In this document: in pieces, positions 28,801 through 38,437 of the stretch
How the letters are laid out: each line of letters starts with the position of its first letter
Numbering within the stretch: position 1 is the first letter of the stretch
DNA from: an uncultured Chthonomonadaceae bacterium
GTDB lineage: Bacteria; Armatimonadota; Chthonomonadetes; Chthonomonadales; Chthonomonadaceae
Direction: 5' to 3'
DNA: 64,000 bases
Assembly (NCBI GenBank): GCA_963835065.1
Contig: CAWIEK010000053.1
Location: 224,001 to 288,000 of the forward strand
The notes under the pieces: model-generated
The model's database searches: none
Seen by the model: only the letters and a program-made list of their open reading frames with translations
What the model was told of the DNA's origin: nothing
Translations under genes and position numbers: made by a program

Positions 28801-29775
28801 TCAGTTCTGCTTTGTCAGCCACTCTTCGGCATCTGCCAGCGTGTTGAGGTCGAATAAAGCCAGGCCCAACTCGTCCATCTGTTCTGTTGATAGGCTATGC
28901 AGGCGTGTCTGCAACTCAGGTGATAATGATCCGAATCGGTGCGTCAGCAGCGCCACAAGTAACTCCTCTTTACCTTCCGCGCGGCCTTCCGCGCGGCCTT
29001 CCAGTCGCCAACTGCTTACCATATCTTCTCGCTCCTTTTCTATCTGCGGCAGTTTTGCTTCTGCCTGATTGTATTGACGCTGCTCCACCGTGTTCAGTCT
29101 CAAATACCGGTCAACAAACTGGAAAATCAACTCCGATTTCGCCGGGTTGAGTTTGAGCGTGAGCAGCAGGCGCAGGCACTGCAGCTTCACTTTCGGCCTA
29201 TCCCCCGCCGCAATCTTCATCTTCGCCATCAGCGCCGTCGCTGCCGGGTTGGGCTGCTTGACATACGCGCGCCAACTCAGGCGGTTGAGTTGAATAACGC
29301 GATAGTTGAAGCGATTGACCACGAAGCCGGGAAACGCGACCACATGCTGCTTGGGTTCCGGGCGCAGAGGCGTGTCGTAAGAGAAGATGACCACCGGGTA
29401 AACAGGCAGATTGTATTTCTCGTACAATCGGGCGAAGTACCGGAACATCCGCTTGGGAAAATCCGACTTCGCGCTGGACTGGTTCTCAATGTGAATTAGA
29501 AAGAACGCTTCGAAGGGAGGCTCTTGTGGCTGCGTTGGGTCTGCGGCATCCGCAAGCGCGGCAGGAGTTCGCTTGAAGCGGACTTTCACAACAATGTCTA
29601 CTTCGTGCTTGTCGCCCGAAGCGATGTCGGTAAACACTTCCTTGTCCAGCAGTTCGTAGAAGGAGGTGTCTATGTAGGCGAACACATCCGGCAGGAACGA
29701 CTCGACGAACTCCATGAAGAAGTTCGTCAGCAACTCCTTAAACATTTTATCATGATCTACAGTTTCAAGATTCAT
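28801..29775 (-). CDS. Rpn-family (PD-(D/E)xK) nuclease with DUF4351-like C-terminus
   Basis: HDKMFKELL, VDIVVK, LIHIENQ, RMFRY, EGRAEG repeats, LTHRFG; real start MNLETVD. Confidence 0.88.
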   Translation of the reverse strand: MNLETVDHDKMFKELLTNFFMEFVESFLPDVFAYIDTSFYELLDKEVFTDIASGDKHEVDIVVKVRFKRTPAALADAADPTQPQEPPFEAFFLIHIENQSSAKSDFPKRMFRYFARLYEKYNLPVYPVVIFSYDTPLRPEPKQHVVAFPGFVVNRFNYRVIQLNRLSWRAYVKQPNPAATALMAKMKIAAGDRPKVKLQCLRLLLTLKLNPAKSELIFQFVDRYLRLNTVEQRQYNQAEAKLPQIEKEREDMVSSWRLEGRAEGRAEGKEELLVALLTHRFGSLSPELQTRLHSLSTEQMDELGLALFDLNTLADAEEWLTKQN

Positions 29776-29804
29776 GCCGCTATTGTACCCAATCCCAAGT
29801 TGCC

Positions 29805-30869
29805 TTATGACGCTATACGGTGGGCGGCTGCACCTCGACCATTTTGCCGGTTTCCGCCGACTTCGATGGTAGCGAAGGTCAGGGCAAGGGTGTTCAGGTT
29901 GTCGCGCCCACTGGTTTCGGGTTCCGTGCCGGATTCGATGCAGGCCCGCCAGTGGTACAGATCGTAATGGTGGCCCTGCGCGCCGATGGAGGGCGCCCAC
30001 AGGGGTTCGCCCCAGGGTTCCGGCAGGGGCGTGAAGAAGTGCATGGCGTTGTACTGCGACGTATCCGCGTTTTGCGGAAAATAGCGGATCGGCCCCCACT
30101 CGTCGCGCTGGTTCCACACCAGGCTGCCCCGCGTTCCCGTAATCACCCATCGCCCGTTCCAGCCCGTATCTACGCCGGGTGAGGCGAAACTGCCCGTGTA
30201 GTTGACCTTGACGCCGTTTGCAAAGTCAATCCACGCGAACGCGCTCAGATCGCCCTGCGTGTTGCTGACGCGGGGGTTCCAAGTTTGGGCCATGACCCGC
30301 GTGGCGTTGGAAGCAAGCAGGTAGCGCATCATATCGAAGTGATGCACGGCCATATCCATGAGAAACGGGTGCGGCATTTTCTGCCGCCAGCCGAACAGCA
30401 AGCCGTGTATCTGAAACTCCACATGAACATGGTCAATTTCGCCAATCGCGCCTTCCGCAATCAAGCGGCGCAGAAAGCGGGGCTGATCGTGGTAACGGAA
30501 CTGCTGCGTGACCATCAGCGTTCGCTTCATTTCCTGCGCCGTCCGCACGATCTTAGCCGCCACCGCCATGTTTTCGGCCAGGGGTTTTTCCGCCAGAACG
30601 TTCAGGCCGGCGCGCAGGGCAAGCGTACTGGTAAACTCATGGCAGGGAGCGGGGGTACAGTCAATGAGGCCGTCCGCTTCCACATTGGCAGCGGCGTCCT
30701 CTACATTGGTAAATTGACGCTCTGATGGTACGCCCACAACATCGCCCGCCATTCGCAGCGCGTCGGGGTTCGGGTCCACCAGCGCCACATGATGAAATCC
30801 GTCGCAGTCGCGCACGGCGTAGATCCAGCTTTGTCCAAAGCCGCCTACGCCCGCCTGTATCACGCGCAT
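29805..30869 (-). CDS. Gfo/Idh/MocA oxidoreductase (last codons probably frameshifted)
   Basis: GVGGFG, EKP, DMAVHHFD. Confidence 0.92.
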   Translation of the reverse strand: MRVIQAGVGGFGQSWIYAVRDCDGFHHVALVDPNPDALRMAGDVVGVPSERQFTNVEDAAANVEADGLIDCTPAPCHEFTSTLALRAGLNVLAEKPLAENMAVAAKIVRTAQEMKRTLMVTQQFRYHDQPRFLRRLIAEGAIGEIDHVHVEFQIHGLLFGWRQKMPHPFLMDMAVHHFDMMRYLLASNATRVMAQTWNPRVSNTQGDLSAFAWIDFANGVKVNYTGSFASPGVDTGWNGRWVITGTRGSLVWNQRDEWGPIRYFPQNADTSQYNAMHFFTPLPEPWGEPLWAPSIGAQGHHYDLYHWRACIESGTEPETSGRDNLNTLALTFATIEVGGNRQNGRGAAAHRIAS

Positions 30870-30976
30870 TCTCTTATCGTCTCCCCACAGCGCGCCAAAA
30901 CCTTCGTCCGTAAAACTTTCGTCTTTGAAAGGCGCTGCGTATAACTTTATTGTGCTGAATGTAGATTCCTGCCAAA

Positions 30977-32629
30977 TCATGGCGAAATGGTTGAGGAATT
31001 GCTCACGAACTTCATGCTCACGTTTAACTGCGCGACAAAATAGCGCGGGTTAAGCGGTTCCTCCGTCGCGTGTGCCAGCCATTCTTCCCAGGGCCGTATT
31101 GCCCCAGGATGGAACAATTTTTCCTGCATATAGTTCCCAATTTTCGGACTGGAAACCAGCGCGTCAGCCGGTTCGCCTTCCAGAACCGTTGCTTGAATAT
31201 AATGCAGGAGTTGGGAAGCGACCATTTCGCCAAGCAAATAGTTGTGGTAATACACGGGCGACGAGGCCAGGTGAATTTTGCTTGCCCACGCATCTTTCGG
31301 ACGAAATTCGAGGGGACATGTGACATTTTGCCATGTTTCTACCTGCTCCCACCACAGCGCATCTAAATCCTGCTCCGGGTCGCGGTACAATTCGCGCTCA
31401 AAATGCGCCATCACGAAGCACCAGCGCATGAACACGAGCAGATGATCCCGCATTTCGCGCTTCGCGCTGGCGGCAATCCGCGCGGCTTCTCCCGCTTCCA
31501 CGCCCGCGTACCGATGCAGCCAATCCGCGTTCTTGGTCAATCTGCCCATAAACAGGGCAATGGCTTCCGTTGTCATGATGTGTGTGGGTTCGCGCAGCAG
31601 AAACGGCAGATTCGCGTCCATGAACTTATCATACACGGCATGGCCGAACTCGTGCAGCATGGTTCCCATCCAGCGCTCGTTGTCGCGGCAGTTGCACAAC
31701 ACGCGCACATCGCCCTCGTGATCCACATCCATGCAGAAAGCGTGCTGGCATTTGCCTTCGCGCTCGTACAAATCCGCGATTTTCAGCAAATCATCAACCG
31801 GCAGGCCGATGGCTGTATAAAAGTCCGACGTTAGCGCTTCCAGATTCTTGCCTTTGAAAAAGCGGTCCAAATCCGCTTCGCCCGGCCCCGGCTCCTGAAA
31901 AAAGCGGTTGGCATGATGCCAGGGACGGACTTCTTCGGGCGCGATGTGAAAACGGGCGGCAAGGTCGGCGTCTAATTGGGCTTTGTAATCATGCCAGATC
32001 GGATTGGACTGCGTTTTCAGATCGTCTAAAATGCCGAACAAGCGTTCCTCATCCAGTTCCTGCAGCTGCATACTCATGGCGTAGTAATTGACAAAACCCA
32101 GGCGACGCGCTTCCCGGTTGCGCAGCCGCGCCAGATGCCGCACTTTGTCCGCAACCGCGCTGCCGACCGTTTTGCTGGCAAGCCAGGCTTCGCGGCGCAA
32201 TTCAACATCATTGGAACGAATTAAAATGTCGTCAACGGCGTTGTCGCTGACGGGTTCGCCGTTTACAAGGGCGCGGTGGGCGTTGAATTGCTCCTCGATG
32301 TCCACTTGCAGCCCAATCATCTCTTCAATGACCTGCGCATCCATCTGAAACGCCAGGTAATTGTTGAGCAAAAGCGCGTGTTGGCGGGCGAGGAGAGGGG
32401 CTTGTAACTCGGACGCTGGCAGGGCCTGCAGGAAAGCATACTCCTGCGCGTTGGCGTACACTTTGGCAACATCCGCGCTCATTTGCGCCGAACGCTCTTT
32501 GGCGGCTTCGCTGCCGGTTGTTTGCAGTTCCCACGCGGCGATATTGGAAGCGCGTATCAGCGGCTCTACGGTGGCTAAATGCCGGTCAATGAACTGCTGC
32601 ATTTGCGCGTCTGCGGTGGCTGGAGTCAT
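30977..32629 (-). CDS. M3/M2-type zinc metallopeptidase
   Basis: HEFGH, TEAIA, H...PVYYHNY. Confidence 0.9.
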   Translation of the reverse strand: MTPATADAQMQQFIDRHLATVEPLIRASNIAAWELQTTGSEAAKERSAQMSADVAKVYANAQEYAFLQALPASELQAPLLARQHALLLNNYLAFQMDAQVIEEMIGLQVDIEEQFNAHRALVNGEPVSDNAVDDILIRSNDVELRREAWLASKTVGSAVADKVRHLARLRNREARRLGFVNYYAMSMQLQELDEERLFGILDDLKTQSNPIWHDYKAQLDADLAARFHIAPEEVRPWHHANRFFQEPGPGEADLDRFFKGKNLEALTSDFYTAIGLPVDDLLKIADLYEREGKCQHAFCMDVDHEGDVRVLCNCRDNERWMGTMLHEFGHAVYDKFMDANLPFLLREPTHIMTTEAIALFMGRLTKNADWLHRYAGVEAGEAARIAASAKREMRDHLLVFMRWCFVMAHFERELYRDPEQDLDALWWEQVETWQNVTCPLEFRPKDAWASKIHLASSPVYYHNYLLGEMVASQLLHYIQATVLEGEPADALVSSPKIGNYMQEKLFHPGAIRPWEEWLAHATEEPLNPRYFVAQLNVSMKFVSNSSTISP

Positions 32630-33223
32630 CAGGAATTGTCCTTGTAAAATTTTGGATGTAGTATTGTACCCGGCACACTCCGCATTGACAGCACTCTATG
32701 AAATACGGGGTTATCCCGGCAGTCTGTAGAATCGGAGATAATTCAGGGGCGGTGGCTACCGGTAAGTGTTCATAAATCCATAACTTGTCGAACCAGCGGG
32801 AAGTCGAGCAAACAACGGATGAAGGATGAAAAGACAAGGATGAAGGATGAAGGATGAAGGATGAAAGCGCCGGGAAAAGGGCATGTAGAAAAAAGAGTAT
32901 GTAGAGTCATCGTCGAAATCTTGGCAATGCAGCGCTTCCAGCCCGATGTCTCGTTGTGTCAGGTTGTAGGAGAGAGGCGTCGTGACCTCGTAAGCATCAG
33001 GGCGAACGGGAGGGGTGTGGGAACATAGGACTGGCACCTCCCTTCCTGTGTGTCTAACATCTGCATAGTAGACGTTCGTACCACTATTTAGACGACTGTG
33101 TTGAGTTAAGGTTTCACTTTTTTCGCGTTGTTTGGATTTTTTTGCGGAATTATTTTACCGAATTGTTTTTGTTGGCTGGTTGCTGTTGGCGTTGTGTGAA
33201 GAACGGTGCAGGACGCTTGCTTA

Positions 33224-33315
33224 GAGCCTATCCCAGTAGGCCGGGTATTGAAAATACCCGGCAGGAAAGTGCAAGCGTCTTTCAGACGCGAATTCCCGAC
33301 TATCGGGATAGGCTC
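33224..33315. mobile_element. 92-bp MITE with 11-bp TIRs and TTA target duplication
   Basis: TTA-GAGCCTATCCC...GGGATAGGCTC-TTA. Confidence 0.7.
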
Positions 33316-33537
33316 TTAGTATCCGTACATCTATCACGTCCCGGTGGGCGCAGCAAGCAACGCCCCTGCGTTCGTGAAGTTAATAATTTACAGACCCTAA
33401 GTGCGGGGTTATTCGGCCTTACCCATGAAAGCAGACAGCCACAGGCACATTCAGACAACCTATGCTATAATGTCAAACGGACGCAACCGGTATCTGGCGC
33501 GGCAAGATCGCCCGGTTCGGTTGGAGGGGAACCTACC

Positions 33538-33846
33538 ATGATTAGCGAAACGCTTCCACTATCTGTCGAATCGGAGACAGTTCAGGGACAATGGCTGCCG
33601 GTAACGATGATGGAGTTGAGTACAGACGACACGCCCCGTTTAACATTCAGCGTTGTTATGACGTTGCGCAATGGAAATACGCGGCACGGCATCAGCACAG
33701 CGCTTGTGACCGATGCGCGTTTATTGCAGCGTCTGCGTGACGAGGTTCACTCTGGCGATCAAATGGAGGTTTGCATCCAAACGGATTGGGAAGCCGAGGA
33801 TATTCCGACCACTTTGCTGGATTTCGTACTGTGCAATCGCGGATAA
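33538..33846 (+). CDS. Hypothetical protein (102 aa)
   Basis: GGAGG RBS, extended -10 TGCTATAAT at 33463-33471. Confidence 0.6.
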   Translation: MISETLPLSVESETVQGQWLPVTMMELSTDDTPRLTFSVVMTLRNGNTRHGISTALVTDARLLQRLRDEVHSGDQMEVCIQTDWEAEDIPTTLLDFVLCNRG

Positions 33847-33932
33847 TAAAACAGGCTGGAAGCGAAATTTGCTTCCGGCCTGTTTTTGCGTTTCTGGCTT
33901 GTGCTGGTGGGCATCAAACCGCTTTGTCAAGG

Positions 33933-34607
33933 TTAGGCGCGACGCTTTCGGCTTTGGTGGCACAGCAGGCCGCTTCCCGCCATCAGGCTTGCCAGGAGGG
34001 CGATATTGCCGGGTTCGGGAACGGCGGCAATTGTCGGCGCGGCAATCGTCAGGGGAGTTCCGCCGCCTGCCGGGGATTGGGTATCATCGCTGGCGAAGGC
34101 TTGCAAGTTCAGCGGGTCGCCTGTCAAGTCGGTGAGCAGGAACACATCGGAGCCGACGTTGGCAAGTCCGAGGGTGGGCAGTTCCGTGCCGCTGCTGTCG
34201 AGAATGGCAAACGTGAACTCGTCCGGCGTGCCGCTTGCGTCGGCCCTATTGGTCAGCGTCAGGTCGAAGTCCAGTACGCTGCCCGGCGTGAACTCCTGCG
34301 CGAAATCGTTGAGCAGGCCGGTATCGGTCAGCGTCACGCTGGAAGCGAGATTGCCGGTCACGCCGCCCATTGCCGTCGGAGTCCCGGCTCCACTCCCCCC
34401 GCCGAAGGCGAAGTTGAACAGCCGAACCGTATTGTTGGCGTCACCGGGCGTATTGCCGCTGCCGTCCGTAAACTGGAAGTTCAGAGCAAACGGTCCCGCT
34501 GCGTGGCCGACAAGTGGCGAGGTGTCCATGCGGATGTGGTAAGCCTGCGTTTGCGCATGGCACAGGGTTCCTATGCACAGCAAACTTAACGTGGAAAGCA
34601 GGCGCAT
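33933..34607 (-). CDS. PEP-CTERM surface protein
   Basis: Own signal peptide MRLLSTLSLL..CHA; VPEP + TM + RKRR. Confidence 0.85.
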   Translation of the reverse strand: MRLLSTLSLLCIGTLCHAQTQAYHIRMDTSPLVGHAAGPFALNFQFTDGSGNTPGDANNTVRLFNFAFGGGSGAGTPTAMGGVTGNLASSVTLTDTGLLNDFAQEFTPGSVLDFDLTLTNRADASGTPDEFTFAILDSSGTELPTLGLANVGSDVFLLTDLTGDPLNLQAFASDDTQSPAGGGTPLTIAAPTIAAVPEPGNIALLASLMAGSGLLCHQSRKRRA

Positions 34608-34657
34608 GGCATAGGCGCTTTTATGCGCCGGTATGCAAAAATAGTGTGGCAAAGGTT

Positions 34658-36278
34658 TCAAGGCTGGGTTCCTCCGGCGAGAATGCGCGTAGTGTAAGTG
34701 AACGCCCGATTGGACGGATTGCTGAACTGCAGAGTGATCGGTGACGCTGGCTCCCGGCGCGAGGCGATTGCCTGTCGTCGGATATACGTTCATATAGGGG
34801 CTGTTGAACGGCGCAAGCGATTGGGTAAGGCCGTTCGCGGAAGCCAGCGTGACGCCAGGCGGCAGGCCGTCAAGAGCGAGAAACACACTGCCCGGAATGG
34901 ACGCGGACGACGTGTTTTTCAGCGTGATTTGCTGCGCGTACAGGTTCGTGCCGCGGTTGAAACGCAGGCCGCCCCGCGTAACGCGCATCTGTGAGGTGAC
35001 ATCATGCAGGCCACGATTGTTCAGCAGGACGCTGGCATCGCCGCTGGTAAAGTTTGCCGTGACGAGGTCGGGAAAGCCATCGCCGTTGAAATCCCCAACG
35101 GCCAGCCAGTTCGGGCCAATCCCGTTGATGGCATAGGTTTGCAAATCCCCGAATGTGCCATCCCCGTTGCCGGGCAGAACGCTCACCGAGTTGCTGGTAT
35201 AGTTGGCGGTGACGAGGTCCAGTTTGCCGTCGCCGTTGATATCCACGATGACGAGGCCGTCCGGTCCCGATCCACTGCCGGTGGAAATAATCTGCTGGCT
35301 TTGAAACGTTCCGTCGCCGTTTCCGAAATAAACGCTCACATTGTCGTCGCTGTAGCCGGGAACCACGACATCCAGATTGCCGTCGTGGTTCAGGTCGGCG
35401 ACGGCAACGGCATACGGGTTCTGGCCGACCGGCAGATCGCTGGAAGCGCCGAACGTGCCGTCGCCGTTGTTGAGCAGCGTGGAAAAGGTTCCGCCGTAGG
35501 AGTTGGCGGTGACAATATCGAGTTTGCCGTCGTGGTTGAGATCGGCGAGGACAATAGCCTGCGGGCCGCTCCCGGCATTGTAAAGCTGAACCGTTTGAAA
35601 GGTTCCATCCCCGTTGCCAAACAGGACGCCAACGGTATCATTTTCGTAGTTGGCGGTGACGATATCCGGCTTGCCGTCGCCGTTCACGTCCCCAATAGCA
35701 ACGCCTTCCGGCACGGCATCCGTTGCGAACGTCAGGGGCGACTGAAACGTTCCATCCCCATTGCCAAGCAGGACGCTGACATTGCCGTTTGTGGTGCTGG
35801 CGGTCACAATATCCGGCTTGCCATCGCCGTTCACATCCGCGACAGCCATGCTTTCCGGCCTGCTTCCGACGGCAAATTCCAGCGGGTCCTGAAAGGTTCC
35901 ATCGCCGTTGCCAAGCAGGACGCTGACGCTGCTGACTCGCCGGTTCACAACGGCAATGTCGGGAATGCCATCGTGGTTGAAATCGGCAACCACAGACGCA
36001 TACGCCCCGAAATCCGTTGTATACTCATCACTCGGCCCGAAAAGCGGACGCTGCTGCGCCTGCGCCTGCCGAGACAGGCCGGACAGGGCAAACAAAGTAA
36101 ACAGCATCGCAAGCGCGGCTAAACGGTTGATAGTTGATAGTTGATAGTTGATAGGGAGGCAGGAACTACGAACTTTCAGCGCCCCTCTGGTTAGACGCAT
36201 ACCTTGCGTACATGGAATAGCGCGGCGAATACCGCGTCGGATTCGCGCTGCGTCAGTCAAAACAAAAACGGCGGACAT
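34658..36278 (-). CDS. FG-GAP/VCBS repeat secreted protein, +1 frameshift near 34740
   Basis: Seven DxNxDGxxD repeats; the alternate frame restores TLQFSNPSNR..RILAGGTQP*, matching the paralogue's end. Confidence 0.85.
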
Positions 36279-36306
36279 AAGAACTCCTTTGTGTGATGCC
36301 GGATGG

Positions 36307-36348
36307 TCGGCGGGTGGGGCAAACGGTCAAGCCGCCCTACCCGCCGAC
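36307..36348. repeat. Intergenic hairpin between FG-GAP paralogues
   Basis: GTCGGCGGGTGGGGC / GCCCTACCCGCCGAC. Confidence 0.65.
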
Positions 36349-36357
36349 AGGTAAACG

Positions 36358-37812
36358 TCAGGGCTGAACGCCGCCCGCAAGAATGCGAGGCGTGTAGCTG
36401 ATGGCGCGGTTGGACGGATTGCGGAACTGAAGCGTGACCGATACGGTTTTTCCCGGCGCTAACCCGCCGGCAGGCATGTACACGCGCATATAGGGGCTGT
36501 TGAGTGGCCTTAAGTTTTGCGTCGCGCCGTTCGCGGAAGCAAGCGTTACGCCGGGTGTCAGGCTGTCGAGCGCGAGGAACAGGCTGCCGCTAAACGTATT
36601 CAGTCCCGTATTTTTGAGTATGACCCGCTGCGTGTACAGCGTCGTACCGGTTCCGCGCAGGGGCGTACTGCCGGACACGGAGAACTCCGAACTGACGTTG
36701 GCTCCCCCCTCGTTGTTAAGCAGAACGCTGATGGAATTGTCTGTCGCGTTCGTGGTAATGATGTCGGGCTGTCCATCGCCGTTGAGGTCGGCAAGCACAA
36801 CCGCAACTGGGCCTGCCCCCGCGCGCGAAGGCGTGGGATCGTTCACTCCTCCACCCAACAATCCGCGCAGGACGTTGACCTGATTGTTGGCCGTGTCCGT
36901 TATCACATAATCGGGCAGGCCGTCGTCATTGAGGTTGGCAATGGCAAGACTGCTCGCATTGCTGCCGCCATCAAAGAGCGCGTCCTGAAAGGTTCCATCC
37001 CCATTCCCAAACCGTGTGCGCAAGTCCGCGCCGCCGTTCGCAATCACAAGGTCGGGTATGCCATCAACGTTTACATCGGCAACCACGACAGCAAGCGGGT
37101 TGGGCGGAGTGGAAAGCGTAGGCGCGGGAGTGAAGGTTCCATCCCCGTTGCCAAGCAGAACGCTGAGGGTTGCATCGCCGTAATTGGGCGTGACAATGTT
37201 GAGGCTGCCGTCGCCGTTGAGATCGGCAAGGACGACGTTACGGGGTTGGCTGCCGACAGCCAGGGTCGTTCGGGGCTGAAACGCGCCGTTGCCCTTGCCG
37301 ATGAGGAGGCTGACGGTATTATCACCGGCATCAGCGGTGAGAATGTCGGGCTTCCCGTCGCCGTTCACATCGCCAATTGCAAGGCCGTCAGGATTATTGC
37401 CGACGGGAAGAACGGTTTGGGGCTGGAAGGTTCCGTTGCCGTTGCCGCGCAGCAGGGAAACGGTATTGTCAGCAGCGTTGACCGTGACAATATCGAGTTT
37501 GCCGTCGCCATCAAGGTCGGCAAGGACGATGCCGCGAGGATTGTTGCCGACAGGAACGATTCTCTGCGGCTGGAAGGTTCCGTTGCCGTTGCCAAGCAGG
37601 ATACTGACCGAAGCGTTGCCGGCATTGGCGGTCACAATATCGGGGATGCCGTCGCCATTGACATCTCCGACAGCAGACGCAGAGGGATGGAGGCCGACAC
37701 CGGTGTTGATTGCCGGCTGAAACAGAATGGGCGGATTGATGCACCCGGACAGCGCGAACGCGGCGAAGCCGAGCAGCGCGCCGGGAAGCGCGAGTGAGCG
37801 TGTGCGATACAT
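36358..37812 (-). CDS. FG-GAP repeat lipoprotein
   Basis: Lipobox LSGC, seven DxNGDG repeats, C-terminal domain shared with the neighbour. Confidence 0.88.
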   Translation of the reverse strand: MYRTRSLALPGALLGFAAFALSGCINPPILFQPAINTGVGLHPSASAVGDVNGDGIPDIVTANAGNASVSILLGNGNGTFQPQRIVPVGNNPRGIVLADLDGDGKLDIVTVNAADNTVSLLRGNGNGTFQPQTVLPVGNNPDGLAIGDVNGDGKPDILTADAGDNTVSLLIGKGNGAFQPRTTLAVGSQPRNVVLADLNGDGSLNIVTPNYGDATLSVLLGNGDGTFTPAPTLSTPPNPLAVVVADVNVDGIPDLVIANGGADLRTRFGNGDGTFQDALFDGGSNASSLAIANLNDDGLPDYVITDTANNQVNVLRGLLGGGVNDPTPSRAGAGPVAVVLADLNGDGQPDIITTNATDNSISVLLNNEGGANVSSEFSVSGSTPLRGTGTTLYTQRVILKNTGLNTFSGSLFLALDSLTPGVTLASANGATQNLRPLNSPYMRVYMPAGGLAPGKTVSVTLQFRNPSNRAISYTPRILAGGVQP

Positions 37813-38301
37813 AATCGTGGTTTCCTTGTCAAACTGAGAATGGGACGCTATCGAAGGGAGTATACAAATCCATCGTGATACTTTCGTAACATCTGCGTGA
37901 TATTTAGGGAACACACGCGCTATTTTGCGGCAGGAGCGTACAAGGACCAACCTCGTTGACAGTTTGGGAGAGGTTGGAGAGGCTTCCGGGAGTTTGATAA
38001 GAATACTATTTCAGAATTCATACGGATTCAGCTTGTCCCGGCTGAAGATGCCGGACATTTCTGCCAAAAATAGAGCCGCATCCAGCGAAGTTGTCCAAAC
38101 GCTCTCCTCCGCGCGTGTTCGGACACTCGTTCGCAAAACGGCGTTCGGTCAGGAAGCCCATCTCCTGACTGAACGCCGTTTTGTATTCCAACTGAAAGTT
38201 TTCCCTGCGTCCCGCCTCCCAACTTCCCGATAATTCTACAGGTAATAATCCAGCATTAAGACAGTCTCTTGCGCCGGAGATTGTAAAGCCCCGGCAGGCA
38301 T

Positions 38302-38419
38302 CCGGGTACTGAAAGTACCCGGCAAGACAAAACAAGCGTCTTTCAGACGCGACACTCTATAAAGATTCCCGCGTCCGCAGGACGCTTGTACTTTCCTGCC
38401 GGGGATTTTCAATCCCCGG
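38302..38419. repeat. REP-like inverted doublet (related copy at 33241-33290)
   Basis: Two 50-bp two-hairpin units in inverted orientation. Confidence 0.8.
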
Positions 38420-38437
38420 TATCGTTGGGAGTTGCGT

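Noticed and set aside
32756..33037. 93-aa ORF with SSFILHP repeats
   Set aside because: Largely a translation of the GGATGAA array. An RBS-like sequence is present but no convincing product was recognised.
33933..36278. 781-aa FG-GAP/PEP-CTERM fusion in the ORF track
   Set aside because: One extra base near 34740 explains it. The alternate frame gives the paralogue-like C-terminus and stop, and the PEP-CTERM part has its own signal peptide.
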